Assembly (NCBI GenBank): GCA_900319925.1 | Contig: ONQE01000001.1 | Location: forward strand, 8,452-72,451 | From: an uncultured Bacteroidales bacterium | GTDB lineage: Bacteria; Bacteroidota; Bacteroidia; Bacteroidales; WCHB1-69 | DNA length: 64,000 nt | Direction: 5' to 3' | Shown: positions 9,003-19,581 of the stretch, one piece after another | Position numbering within the stretch: position 1 is the stretch's first letter | Layout: every line of letters begins with the position of its first letter | Notes under the pieces: generated by a model | Databases searched by the model: none | The model's input: only the letters and a program-made list of their open reading frames with translations | What the model was told of the DNA's origin: nothing | Position numbers and translations under genes: made by a program

Positions 9003-10175
9003 TTATTTGATCCGTTCCACCACTTTCCAGTCGTCAATCAGCCGTTTCTCCGTATTGAAATTGATGCCGATCTTGGTAAACCCTTCCTCCACTTCGCGAT
9101 TGGGGAACCCCAAAGTGTAGGTGCCGAACTCAGGATCATAGCTCTCGATGGTGAGGTAGCCGCTTTGGAACAGCAGCGGCAGCGGGTTCTCGTCCATGAT
9201 TTCAATGCTGTTCAGTGTGTCAACAGTGAGTTCCTCGCGGGTCATGTCCTCAAGCAAGAAATTGGTCTTCAACAGCTGATGTACCAGAAACGTGGGTGTG
9301 CCCGTTTCGAACCAGTAGTCTTTGAACTGCCCGCTGGCTAATGTGCTCAATAGGCTGAACGGATTGTAAATCCCCACAGTGTCGGGCTGGAAATGGTAAC
9401 CGTCAAAATCGCGTTTCAGGCGGGCATAGCATTCGTCCTTCGTCATGTTGTTGGCGGTGGCAAGTTCGGCCACCCCTTCGTCAAAATTCGTCCGCAACTC
9501 CGCCTCGGAAATGCCGCAAATATCCACATAACGGCTATCCAACGAGATGTCAGTCAGATGGTTGAGGTCGCTAAAGACACTCACCTTGCCGAACTTGGTA
9601 ACTCCCGTGAGGAAGGCAAACTTGATATACTCATCGCAGCTCTTAAGATTACCGTAGAAGGCTTTCAGCGTGGATCGATAGTCCTCCTGCAACTCGGGAT
9701 TGCCAATGGCTTCGAGCATTGGTTTGTCGTATTCATCGACTAAAATGACCACCTTGCGACCGGTTATTTCGCAAGCCTTTTTGATGACGAAATAGAAACG
9801 CTCCTCAACGGCAAGATCGCGTTGGTCCAACCCGTATTTTTCCTCCCATTGTATCAGATATTTGTTCAGCTCTGCGTGCAAAGCGCTTACATCCGTGTAA
9901 TTCCTGGCATTCAAATCCAGATGCAGCACAGGGTATTCACCCCAATCTTTCTCCAATCCCGCGATAGCCAACCCCTCAAACAGTTCCTTTTTACCTTCGA
10001 AATAATCCTTCATGGTAGAGAGTAAGAGACTTTTACCGAATCTTCGCGGACGGCTGAGGCAGTAGTAACTTCCCGTTTCCGCCAACCAATAAATGGCGGC
10101 GGTCTTGTCCACGTATGCATATCCATTTCTTCTGATTTTCTCGAAATTTTGTATTCCTACAGGGTATTTTGTCAT
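9003..10175 (-). CDS. AAA-ATPase-like/PD-(D/E)XK (PF09820/PF08011-type) protein, probably internally deleted
   Basis: The N-terminus MTKYPVGIQNFEKIRRNGYAYVDKT...SRPRRFGKSLLLST is typical of the family. The protein is 390 aa, whereas I recall about 520 aa for this family. The sequence jumps from FPNREVEEGFTK directly to the family C-terminal IGINFNTEKRLIDDW. Confidence 0.6.
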   Translation of the reverse strand: MTKYPVGIQNFEKIRRNGYAYVDKTAAIYWLAETGSYYCLSRPRRFGKSLLLSTMKDYFEGKKELFEGLAIAGLEKDWGEYPVLHLDLNARNYTDVSALHAELNKYLIQWEEKYGLDQRDLAVEERFYFVIKKACEITGRKVVILVDEYDKPMLEAIGNPELQEDYRSTLKAFYGNLKSCDEYIKFAFLTGVTKFGKVSVFSDLNHLTDISLDSRYVDICGISEAELRTNFDEGVAELATANNMTKDECYARLKRDFDGYHFQPDTVGIYNPFSLLSTLASGQFKDYWFETGTPTFLVHQLLKTNFLLEDMTREELTVDTLNSIEIMDENPLPLLFQSGYLTIESYDPEFGTYTLGFPNREVEEGFTKIGINFNTEKRLIDDWKVVERIK

Positions 10176-10201
10176 AGCTGATAGTTCTTAGAATCGGATT
10201 G

Positions 10202-10209
10202 CAAAGATA
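10202..10209 (-). promoter_or_regulatory. -7 promoter box
   Basis: Minus strand reads TATCTTTG, 26 nt upstream of the start at 10175. Confidence 0.55.
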
Positions 10210-10285
10210 GTATTTTTCGATTATTTGCCGGTTTCCCGTTGAGAAATCGAAAGAGGAAGCTTCTCGAGCCAATCAGAAGAGCTTT

Positions 10286-11125
10286 TCAGTACACGAAACG
10301 GCCGCTCGCGACATCGAAGCGGGCAGTGTGGTCGTAGCCGCAACGTTCGAGCTCGACGAGGGCCTCCGGCACGAAGAGCACCAACTCGTCGGCCTTGTGC
10401 GCATCACTGCTGACAATCACCGGGATGTCGGCCTTCCGCGCCTTCATCAGCAGCTCGGTGGAGGGGTAGAAACTGTCACTGCGGCCCTTGTAAAGCCCGC
10501 GTGTGTTCACCTCCACGATGATGTCGTGCCGCTTGATCAGCTGTATCGCCTTGTCGGCCAGCACCTTGTACCATTGCTCGTCTTCCGTGAAGAAGCGGTT
10601 GCGGTTATGCATCTTGATCTTGTCGAAGTGAGCGATGATGTCCATCCGCTGCGTCTCGATCATCTCGAAGGTCTGCTCCCAAAACGCGGTCACGGCCATC
10701 TTGATGTTGTTGTCGAAGAGGTCGCGCAGACCGTTGTCGTAGATCTCCTGCTTGGGGCCGTCGATGAACCAAAGTCCGTCGCCGTGGGGCTGCCGCACCT
10801 GGTGTACGCCGCCGATGAGGTAGTCCAGGCCGTTCTTGTCCTGGCGCTCCGCGAAGTCCGTGGTAACCTCCGGGATGTAGTCGCATTCCAGGGATTTCAG
10901 CAGCGTGAGGTCAGTGGTGCGCTGCAATTCGTCGATTTCCCGGATATAGTCGGGAAGTTTTGCCTCTTCCATAGCGAAGGTGTTCTCGAACGGCACGGGC
11001 GCGTGCGAGGAGAATCCTAACTGGCGGAGACCGCACTTTTCGGCGGCACGCACCTGCTCTTCCAGGGTGCTTTTGCCGTCACAGTAGAGGCTGTGGGTAT
11101 GGTAATTGGCGGGGTAATAGGTCAT
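10286..11125 (-). CDS. PHP-family histidinol-phosphatase (HisJ-type)
   Basis: 279 aa. N-terminal YHTHSLYCDGK metal-binding motif and a length typical of HisJ/PHP phosphatases. Confidence 0.7.
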   Translation of the reverse strand: MTYYPANYHTHSLYCDGKSTLEEQVRAAEKCGLRQLGFSSHAPVPFENTFAMEEAKLPDYIREIDELQRTTDLTLLKSLECDYIPEVTTDFAERQDKNGLDYLIGGVHQVRQPHGDGLWFIDGPKQEIYDNGLRDLFDNNIKMAVTAFWEQTFEMIETQRMDIIAHFDKIKMHNRNRFFTEDEQWYKVLADKAIQLIKRHDIIVEVNTRGLYKGRSDSFYPSTELLMKARKADIPVIVSSDAHKADELVLFVPEALVELERCGYDHTARFDVASGRFVY

Positions 11126-11282
11126 CGTGACTTTTTTTTACTGCGACTGCTTTGCGGGGATTCCGCCCCACACTGCGGCTTACGCCTTGTGTGGGGTTAT
11201 TAGCGCTTCGCGCGTTTTGTCCCTTCGGGACTGTTTAAGGAATTATGTTTTAAGATAGACATCGGTTATCGTTATTGCTTTG

Positions 11283-12590
11283 TTATTCGGTGGCGGGTGA
11301 TTCGGGGTCGGGTGATTCGACATCGGGTGATTCGGGGTCGGGAGGCTCGGGGTTTTGGATGCCGTCGAGGATGTTGAGCATCTGGTCGCTGCGGCCGGCG
11401 TGGGCTTTGTTGTAGAGGTTGCTGAGGAAGACGATGACGACGTTGTCGGAGGGGCGGTAGAGGAACAGGTTCTGGAAGCCGTTCCAGAGGCCGCCGTGGT
11501 AGACCAGCTTGCCGTGCGTGGGACTCTCCTCGATGCGGTAGCCGTAGCCGTAGATGCTGGCCGGGAGTTTGCCGCCGTTCAGCTGGTTCTCGCGCTGCGA
11601 GGCGAGGTCCACCCACTCTTTCGGCAGGATTTTGTAGTCGATGAACATGGCGTTGGCCCAGCGGAGCATATCCTCCGCGTTAGAGTAGATGCCCTTGTCG
11701 CCGAGCACCCCGTTGAGCCGGTCGTATCTCGCGACAACGCCTCCCCTGCGGTGTCCGATGGCAATCGGTATATCCGACGGCAGTGCTTTCACACTCACAT
11801 CTTCCGCTTTCGGGTCCACATCGGCGTACTTCCTGCCGTGTTTGGCATCGATGCCCACGATTTCGGTGAAGAAGCAGGTGGCGTCCATCCCGGCAGGTTT
11901 GAAAATGTTCTCGTGCACATACTCTTCGAAGGGCATCCCGGAGACCTGCGCCACCAACGCCGCCAGAATCGCATAGTTGGTGTTCACATACTCGAACTTG
12001 GTACCCGTGGCGAAGGTCTTGGCATACTTCTGTTTCTCCAAAACCCGCAACAGATGCTCGTTATCCACGAACGCCGCCCCGCCATAGACCGTGTATTTGA
12101 ACTTGAAATATTCGGGGATGCCGGAGGTATGGGTCAGCAGATGCCGAATGGTGACACCGCGATAGGGAAGATTCGGGAAATAGTGCGTGATGGTGTCTTC
12201 CAAGTTGATTTTCCCCTGCGCGCAGAGCTGCAGCACCGCCACCGCGGTGAATTGCTTGGAGATGGAGGCCAAATCGAAGAGGGTGTTTTCCGTTATCTGG
12301 TTGTTCTCGGGAACATCGCGACGAGGCGGCTCACCGGTCAGGCGGAGTTCCCCGTAGGCATACTCGACCAGCACGGTGTCGCGCACTGCCACGAGCATCA
12401 CCCCATTGAGTTTTTCCGACATCTCGTTGGCCACAAATTCCAGCCCCTCAATGTCGTAACGGTCGCCGATGGTGTCCAACAGGTGTTGCCGGTAGCGCTC
12501 TTCCGTGAAAAAAGCCGTGTAGGTGTCCGCCTTGAGATTCACGACGAAGCACATAAACACGGCTATCGGGAACAAAAACTTCTTTAACAT
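11283..12590 (-). CDS. Serine hydrolase of the beta-lactamase (class C/PBP-like) family with a repeat-encoded acidic Pro-rich tail
   Basis: 435 aa. Signal peptide, SxxK motif (SISK) and YxN motif (YVN). The C-terminus PDPESPDVESPDPESPATE is encoded by a 15-bp tandem repeat. Confidence 0.8.
   Translation of the reverse strand: MLKKFLFPIAVFMCFVVNLKADTYTAFFTEERYRQHLLDTIGDRYDIEGLEFVANEMSEKLNGVMLVAVRDTVLVEYAYGELRLTGEPPRRDVPENNQITENTLFDLASISKQFTAVAVLQLCAQGKINLEDTITHYFPNLPYRGVTIRHLLTHTSGIPEYFKFKYTVYGGAAFVDNEHLLRVLEKQKYAKTFATGTKFEYVNTNYAILAALVAQVSGMPFEEYVHENIFKPAGMDATCFFTEIVGIDAKHGRKYADVDPKAEDVSVKALPSDIPIAIGHRRGGVVARYDRLNGVLGDKGIYSNAEDMLRWANAMFIDYKILPKEWVDLASQRENQLNGGKLPASIYGYGYRIEESPTHGKLVYHGGLWNGFQNLFLYRPSDNVVIVFLSNLYNKAHAGRSDQMLNILDGIQNPEPPDPESPDVESPDPESPATE
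11295..11354. repeat. 15-bp tandem repeat, 4 units (GGGTGATTCGGGGTC-like), inside a CDS
   Basis: Hand-parsed units at 11295, 11310, 11325 and 11340. Confidence 0.8.
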
Positions 12591-12603
12591 ATCGTAGTCA
12601 ATC

Positions 12604-12636
12604 TTCGACTTTGACGTTGACCTTTGACTTTGAACC
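12604..12636. repeat. Tandem array with 6-7 bp period (GACTTT GACGTT GACCTTT GACTTT GAACC), family F-like
   Basis: Read in the minus sense as AAGTCAA AGGTCAA CGTCAA AGTCGAA. It ends 14 nt upstream of the start at 12590. Confidence 0.6.
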
Positions 12637-12655
12637 TAATAAAGTACTACCCCAA

Positions 12656-12690
12656 TAACTGCTAACTACTAACTACTAACTGCTAACTAA
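12656..12690. repeat. Heptamer array, family A in reverse orientation (TAACTGC TAACTAC x2 TAACTGC TAACTAA)
   Basis: Five units ending 2 nt from the rho stop codon. Read in the rho sense it is AGTTAGC/AGTTAGT. Confidence 0.85.
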
Positions 12691-12692
12691 AA

Positions 12693-14606
<1,914 letters not shown>

Positions 14607-14710
14607 TTTTTGATGATAAAACTTGCATTGGATTTTTCGCCACGGCACGGAAGGCAATCGACTGCCGACCCTGTTTTGCCCGTCGCGGAGCATCTGTTTG
14701 AATTGCGCTG

Positions 14711-14718
14711 CAAAAATA
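14711..14718 (-). promoter_or_regulatory. -7 promoter box for rho
   Basis: Minus strand reads TATTTTTG, implying a leader of roughly 100 nt. Confidence 0.5.
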
Positions 14719-14806
14719 CAATATTTTTCGAAATACCAACACTTGTGGGAATTTTTTTATTTCACAACCCTATATCCCTGCCCATACATTTCAAGAAAAC
14801 AACCCC

Positions 14807-14883
14807 CTTAACTCTCAACCCTTAAACCTTAAACCTTAACCCATAACCCTTAACCCATAACCCTTAAACCTTAAACCTTAACC
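14807..14883. repeat. Heptamer array, family B (CTTAAAC/CTTAACC/CATAACC), 11 units
   Basis: Hand-parsed with perfect 7-nt phasing. Lies in the divergent rho/T9SS-gene promoter region. Confidence 0.9.
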
Positions 14884-14952
14884 CAAAATTATCAACATTT
14901 CACTATTAAGAATTTTTATGAAAAAAATTTGCCGAGGTTATGATAAAAACAG

Positions 14953-14960
14953 TATTTTTG
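14953..14960 (+). promoter_or_regulatory. -7 promoter box
   Basis: TATTTTTG, 48 nt upstream of the ATG at 15009. Confidence 0.55.
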
Positions 14961-15008
14961 CAGCCTTGTTTAGAATGAACTATAATCAATAATTAAAACA
15001 TCAAAAAA

Positions 15009-16223
15009 ATGAAAAAACTTTACATGCTCATCATGGTTGCCTTAATTGCTGCAACCGCAAACGCGCAGGTCGTCAAAATGGAGGTCGGTGCGAATCAGGA
15101 TCGTCAACTGCCCATCAAGGGCATTGTGAAAGCTGATAAGAGTGCCCCTGCAGAGGGTTGGCTTTTCTATCAGGACTATCTGGAGTCTTACTTTGGTGAG
15201 ACTTGTAACGATGGCAGCGCCTTCTATTTGAAGAGCGACTCCCTGGGTCTTTACGAGTACAGCGACGGCGATTTCGACCACGCTTTCGTCTATTCTGTCA
15301 GCCAGACTTACGATTTCGAATCCGACTTCTTCGAGTATGCATCTATGAGCGGCGATATCTCTTTCAAGTACAGCCCCTCTTTGAATGTTGACTCCGCCTG
15401 CGTTTACACGATGTATCTTCGTGACGAGCAGATGCCCGCCGATGTGATGGATACGCTCGTCATCGGTTTCGTCGCTGACGATGATGCCCCTGCTTATTAC
15501 TACACATCCTATCCGGAAAGCAGCTGCTTCATCAACTTTGACTGGGATCCCAACACCGGTGTTCAGCAGAATGCCCAGGTTGTCAAGATTCCCCTTGGCC
15601 CCAACGATGTCAGCGAGCCTGCTACTGAGCCCAATTCCTATTATCTGAAATTATTCGAGGTTCCGTTGAACATCACCAATGTGACCGACAAACGTTGGAA
15701 CATCGCCTATACCTTCATTTCCGGTGAGAATCCCGCTTTGAACGACACCCTTCATTCCTCTTTCTCCCTCTACACCTTCAACAGCAATGACAACGAAGGC
15801 TACTCTCCCGCTTCCAACAACCCGAACATTTGCAACAACAGAAGCCACGGCGGTATGGTGCGTTCTTTCAGCAACGGTGATGTTGACTACTACTATCCCA
15901 TGTTCTTCTTTGACAACTACAACTTCCCGAAGAATCTGGGTCTGAAGATTTCCTGCACCAACTGTGAAATCGTGAATGTCCCCGAGCTGGAGAAGAACAA
16001 CCCGACCGTCTATCCAAATCCTGCCACCAACAACTTCACTGTCAACCTCGGCAATGACGAGAAGGCTAACATCGAGCTCTTCAACATCGTTGGCCAAATG
16101 GTGTACAGCGAGACCATCACCGGCAGCGCCCAAGTGAACGTCGCCAACCTCCACAGCGGTGTTTATATGCTCAAGGTGAACCAAAACGGCAAGGCCTACA
16201 CCACCAAAGTGGTTGTGAAATAA
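15009..16223 (+). CDS. T9SS-sorted secreted protein of unknown function
   Basis: 404 aa. Signal peptide and a C-terminal Por secretion tail (VYPNPATNNFTV...GVYMLKVNQNGKAYTTKVVVK). Confidence 0.8.
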   Translation: MKKLYMLIMVALIAATANAQVVKMEVGANQDRQLPIKGIVKADKSAPAEGWLFYQDYLESYFGETCNDGSAFYLKSDSLGLYEYSDGDFDHAFVYSVSQTYDFESDFFEYASMSGDISFKYSPSLNVDSACVYTMYLRDEQMPADVMDTLVIGFVADDDAPAYYYTSYPESSCFINFDWDPNTGVQQNAQVVKIPLGPNDVSEPATEPNSYYLKLFEVPLNITNVTDKRWNIAYTFISGENPALNDTLHSSFSLYTFNSNDNEGYSPASNNPNICNNRSHGGMVRSFSNGDVDYYYPMFFFDNYNFPKNLGLKISCTNCEIVNVPELEKNNPTVYPNPATNNFTVNLGNDEKANIELFNIVGQMVYSETITGSAQVNVANLHSGVYMLKVNQNGKAYTTKVVVK

Positions 16224-16246
16224 TTTTGTCTGATACAATATTCTAT

Positions 16247-16280
16247 AAAAAAGGGATGGTCGAGAGACTGTCCCTTTTTT
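16247..16280 (+). terminator. Intrinsic terminator
   Basis: AAAAAAGGGA...TCCCTTTTTT stem ending in a T-run, 24 nt after the stop codon. Confidence 0.65.
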
Positions 16281-16329
16281 AGTTAGCAGTTAGTAGTTAG
16301 CAGTTAGCAGTTAGTAGTTAGTAGTTATA
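16281..16329. repeat. Heptamer array, family A (AGTTAGC/AGTTAGT), 7 units
   Basis: Hand-parsed. Starts immediately after the terminator T-run. Confidence 0.9.
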
Positions 16330-16344
16330 CACTAGCGAGAAACC

Positions 16345-16445
16345 CCATAACCCATAAGCCATAAGCCATAACCCATAACCCATAAGCCATAAACCATAAA
16401 CCTTAACCCATAAACCATAACCCTTAAACCTTAAACCTTAAACCA
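16345..16445. repeat. Heptamer array, family B (CCATAAC/CCATAAG/CCATAAA/CCTTAAC/CCTTAAA), 14 units plus a partial unit
   Basis: Hand-parsed. The last partial unit (CCA) directly abuts the folP ATG at 16446. Confidence 0.9.
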
Positions 16446-17258
16446 ATGTACAAACTATCAGCCAACGCGCCTTTAATTATGGGCATCCTGAATGTGACGG
16501 AAGACTCGTTCTATGACGGGGGCCGCTATACGTCGGAGGAGGCGGTGCGGAGGCGTGCGGCGCAGATTCTGGCGGAGGGCGGCGACATCATCGACATCGG
16601 GGCGATGTCCACACGCCCGGACGCCATGGAAATCCCCGAAGAGGAGGAGAAGACGAGGATTGTGCAGGCGGTGCGGTGCATTCGCGAAGATTTCCCCGAT
16701 GCCGTCCTTTCCGTGGACACCTACCGCGCCAACGTGGCCGAGGCGGCCGTGGAGGCAGGTGCCGACATCATCAACGACATCTCCGGCGGCACCTTCGACC
16801 CCGAGATGATTCCCACCATCGGCCGACTGCAGGTACCCTACGTGCTGATGCACACGCCCGCAAAACCGGCTGAGATGCAGCAACATACGGAATACAACGA
16901 CCTTCTCGGCGAGATGCTGCAGTTTTTCGGGAAACAGATCGCCCTTCTGCATCGGCACGCCGTCCACGACATCATCCTCGACCCCGGCTTCGGTTTCGGC
17001 AAGACCCTCGAACAGAACTACTTCCTGATGAAGAATCTGGAAGTGTTCTCGGAACTCGGATACCCGTTGCTGGTCGGTATCTCCCGCAAATCGATGATCT
17101 ACAAACTGTTGGGGACCACTCCGGAACACGCTCTCAACGGCACCACCGTCCTCAACACCGTCGCCCTGATGAAAGGGGCAAACATTCTGCGCGTCCACGA
17201 TGTGCGTGAGGCGGTCGAAGTGCGAAAAATATTATCTTTGCCGAAAAAATCAAAATGA
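16446..17258 (+). CDS. folP: Dihydropteroate synthase
   Basis: 270 aa. IMGILNVTEDSFYDGGRY plus DIGAMSTRP and GISRKS motifs. Confidence 0.9.
   Translation: MYKLSANAPLIMGILNVTEDSFYDGGRYTSEEAVRRRAAQILAEGGDIIDIGAMSTRPDAMEIPEEEEKTRIVQAVRCIREDFPDAVLSVDTYRANVAEAAVEAGADIINDISGGTFDPEMIPTIGRLQVPYVLMHTPAKPAEMQQHTEYNDLLGEMLQFFGKQIALLHRHAVHDIILDPGFGFGKTLEQNYFLMKNLEVFSELGYPLLVGISRKSMIYKLLGTTPEHALNGTTVLNTVALMKGANILRVHDVREAVEVRKILSLPKKSK
17233..17240 (+). promoter_or_regulatory. -7 promoter box inside the folP 3' end
   Basis: TATCTTTG, 14 nt upstream of the ATG at 17255. Confidence 0.35.
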
Positions 17259-18226
17259 ACCAGAAACCCTTAACCTTATACCTGTGTCTCGCCTTGGTTA
17301 TCCTTCTAACCAGTTGTTTTTCAAGAAGAAACAACCAAGAAGAGGGTGCTGGTGAAGCGGTCGTCTATCCTATGGAGGTGATCAGCGACACTTTGGTGGC
17401 GGATGTGCACAATCAAAACACCCTCTATCCATTGGAGGAGGAGGTTTTGGAATCGTTCTTAGAGAAAGCCCGCGATTTCCAGGGCAAGGGATGGACCGCG
17501 AAGGCCGAATTCCCCGAAAAGTGGGGCGTGGAGTGCGTGGAACGGTTGCCCGACGGCCGCGAGCTGTGGCTCCTGCGGTCGGAGAACCGCGAGTGGGCCT
17601 ACTTAGCCACGACCTCCGGCTTCGGCACCCAGCGCATCCTCGACGTGTTGCCTGCCGCCATCAGCGTGGCCAACCAGCGCGACGAGGAGCTCGAAACCGA
17701 GACCTGGCAGACGCTGCGCCTCCCCGACGGGCAGTTCCGCACCACCAAGGAGTACGAGTGGATCCACTCCGTGTCGAAGGCCACCAAACAACAATTCATC
17801 AGCGACCCTGAGAAATACCACCGCAAGACGCGCTTCGTGGAGCAGTTCCTCATCAACGCGCAGGGCCGCTTCGAGCAGTCGGAGATTGTCGATACCCTAC
17901 CCGACTACAATGCCGTGGTCTTCTATTTCAACCCCGCCGACAAGCCCGAAATGTGGGACGAGACCGTTATGCACCTGCAGGCTTTCTGCGAGGAGAACGG
18001 CGTGATTTACGAGGAGGTGAGCGGCAACTTCAACCGCGTGACCGTGCGCGACTACGAGCTGACCTTTGCTCTGGAGACCGACATCACGCCCTACATCGAC
18101 GCCACCGGCTCCGGCATGGTGATGATGCGCAAAGGCGAGTTACCCAAGTCGGTCAACTTCGGCTCCTACGAGTACATGCAGATGGAGCTGCGCCGCTATT
18201 TCAAAATCCGCGATTTCGAATCATAG
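17255..18226 (+). CDS. Hypothetical lipoprotein
   Basis: 323 aa. Signal peptide ending LTSC. ATGA overlap with the folP stop. No family recognised. Confidence 0.6.
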   Translation: MNQKPLTLYLCLALVILLTSCFSRRNNQEEGAGEAVVYPMEVISDTLVADVHNQNTLYPLEEEVLESFLEKARDFQGKGWTAKAEFPEKWGVECVERLPDGRELWLLRSENREWAYLATTSGFGTQRILDVLPAAISVANQRDEELETETWQTLRLPDGQFRTTKEYEWIHSVSKATKQQFISDPEKYHRKTRFVEQFLINAQGRFEQSEIVDTLPDYNAVVFYFNPADKPEMWDETVMHLQAFCEENGVIYEEVSGNFNRVTVRDYELTFALETDITPYIDATGSGMVMMRKGELPKSVNFGSYEYMQMELRRYFKIRDFES

Positions 18227-18229
18227 CCC

Positions 18230-19555
18230 ATGCTTGCGCGATTTCTCCAGGAACTTCAACGTCTGGCGGGAGCTGACGCCCTGCGGAAATGCTACCTCGT
18301 GGCGGTGAGCGGCGGTGCGGATTCGACCGTCGCGGCTACACTCTTCCATGAGGCTGGACTGCATTTCGCGATGGCGCACTGCAACTTCCACCTGCGCGGC
18401 GCCGACTCCGACCGTGACATGCGATTCGTGCAGGAGATGGCCGAACGCTGGAATGTACCGCTCCTCGTCCGCGAGTTCGACACCTTCTCCGTACAGCGGG
18501 ACTCTGGGAAATCCATCGAGATGGTGGCCCGCGAGCTGCGATACGACTGGTTCTCGGAGATCTTGTCCGGCTACGACCACCTCGTGACCGCCCACCACGC
18601 CACCGACGCCGCCGAAACCCAACTACTCAACCTCACCCGCGGCACCGGACTGAGAGGGCTTTGCGGCATCCCGTCCGTGAACGGGAAAACCATCCGCCCG
18701 ATGCTGTCCTTCACGGCACAGGAAATCCGCCAATACGCTGAGGATCATCATATTGCATACGTTGAAGATTACACCAACCGCGACGAGCATATCGCCCGCA
18801 ACCGCATTCGCCACTCCGTCATTCCGCAATTGGAGGCGATCAATCCGCAGTTCCTACAGACCAACACGCGCACACGTCAAGTTCTGCAACGGCAATACGA
18901 ATATTATCAGAAACATATAGCGGCCGAGATACGGAATATCACCAGCAAAGAGGGTCGGCAGCTTCGCATTGACCGCCAGAAGCTGGCCCACAATGAGGAT
19001 AAAACCTTGATACTCTACGAAATACTGAACGAATACGGTTTCACCGCCGATGCTGTGGAGAAAATTGCGGCCAACGACCAGATGCCCGTAGGCAGATATT
19101 TTTCTTCCGATTCTCACAGATTGCTGATTGACAGGGAATTCTTGATTCTTCAACCTCAATTGGAAGAAAAGGAGCATATCCCGATTGAAATAGGCTCATT
19201 GGAAGACCTGAAAGCTTATTTTCAAGTTGAAGAATTTGATTATCAAGAGGGTATGGTCTTCGATAAAAACCCGAAGATCCTTTATATTCCGAAAGACAAG
19301 TTGACCTTCCCGCTGGAAATCCGGTCCTGGCAGCACGGCGACTCCTTCCACCCTCTTGGCGGAAAAGGCCGCCAGAAAGTCAGCGACTTTTTCACCGACC
19401 ATAAGATAGACCGCTTCGCCAAAGAACGCATCCGTCTTCTTTGTTCAGGCGACAACATACTATGGATCATCGATTTACGTTCCGATGAACGATTCAAAGT
19501 GACACCCAAAACCGAAAGGTACTACCGGTTAAGTCCATTGGCTGTTGGCCATTAA
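18230..19555 (+). CDS. tilS: tRNA(Ile)-lysidine synthetase
   Basis: 441 aa with the PP-loop SGGADSTV. Confidence 0.85.
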   Translation: MLARFLQELQRLAGADALRKCYLVAVSGGADSTVAATLFHEAGLHFAMAHCNFHLRGADSDRDMRFVQEMAERWNVPLLVREFDTFSVQRDSGKSIEMVARELRYDWFSEILSGYDHLVTAHHATDAAETQLLNLTRGTGLRGLCGIPSVNGKTIRPMLSFTAQEIRQYAEDHHIAYVEDYTNRDEHIARNRIRHSVIPQLEAINPQFLQTNTRTRQVLQRQYEYYQKHIAAEIRNITSKEGRQLRIDRQKLAHNEDKTLILYEILNEYGFTADAVEKIAANDQMPVGRYFSSDSHRLLIDREFLILQPQLEEKEHIPIEIGSLEDLKAYFQVEEFDYQEGMVFDKNPKILYIPKDKLTFPLEIRSWQHGDSFHPLGGKGRQKVSDFFTDHKIDRFAKERIRLLCSGDNILWIIDLRSDERFKVTPKTERYYRLSPLAVGH

Positions 19556-19579
19556 ACCTTAAACCCTAAACCTTAAACT
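19552..19579. repeat. Heptamer array, family B (TTAAACC x2, CTAAACC, TTAAACT)
   Basis: Four units. The tilS stop (19553-19555) lies inside unit 1, and the array ends 2 nt before the sufS ATG. Confidence 0.85.
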
Positions 19580-19581
19580 GA

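Noticed and set aside
14807-19579. Telomere-like appearance of the family B arrays (CCCTAA/CCTTAA strings, for example AAACCCTAAACC at 19561).
   Set aside because: The units are heptamers with TAA cores, not TTAGGG hexamers. They are embedded between bacterial genes on both sides, so eukaryotic telomere sequence or contamination is not supported.
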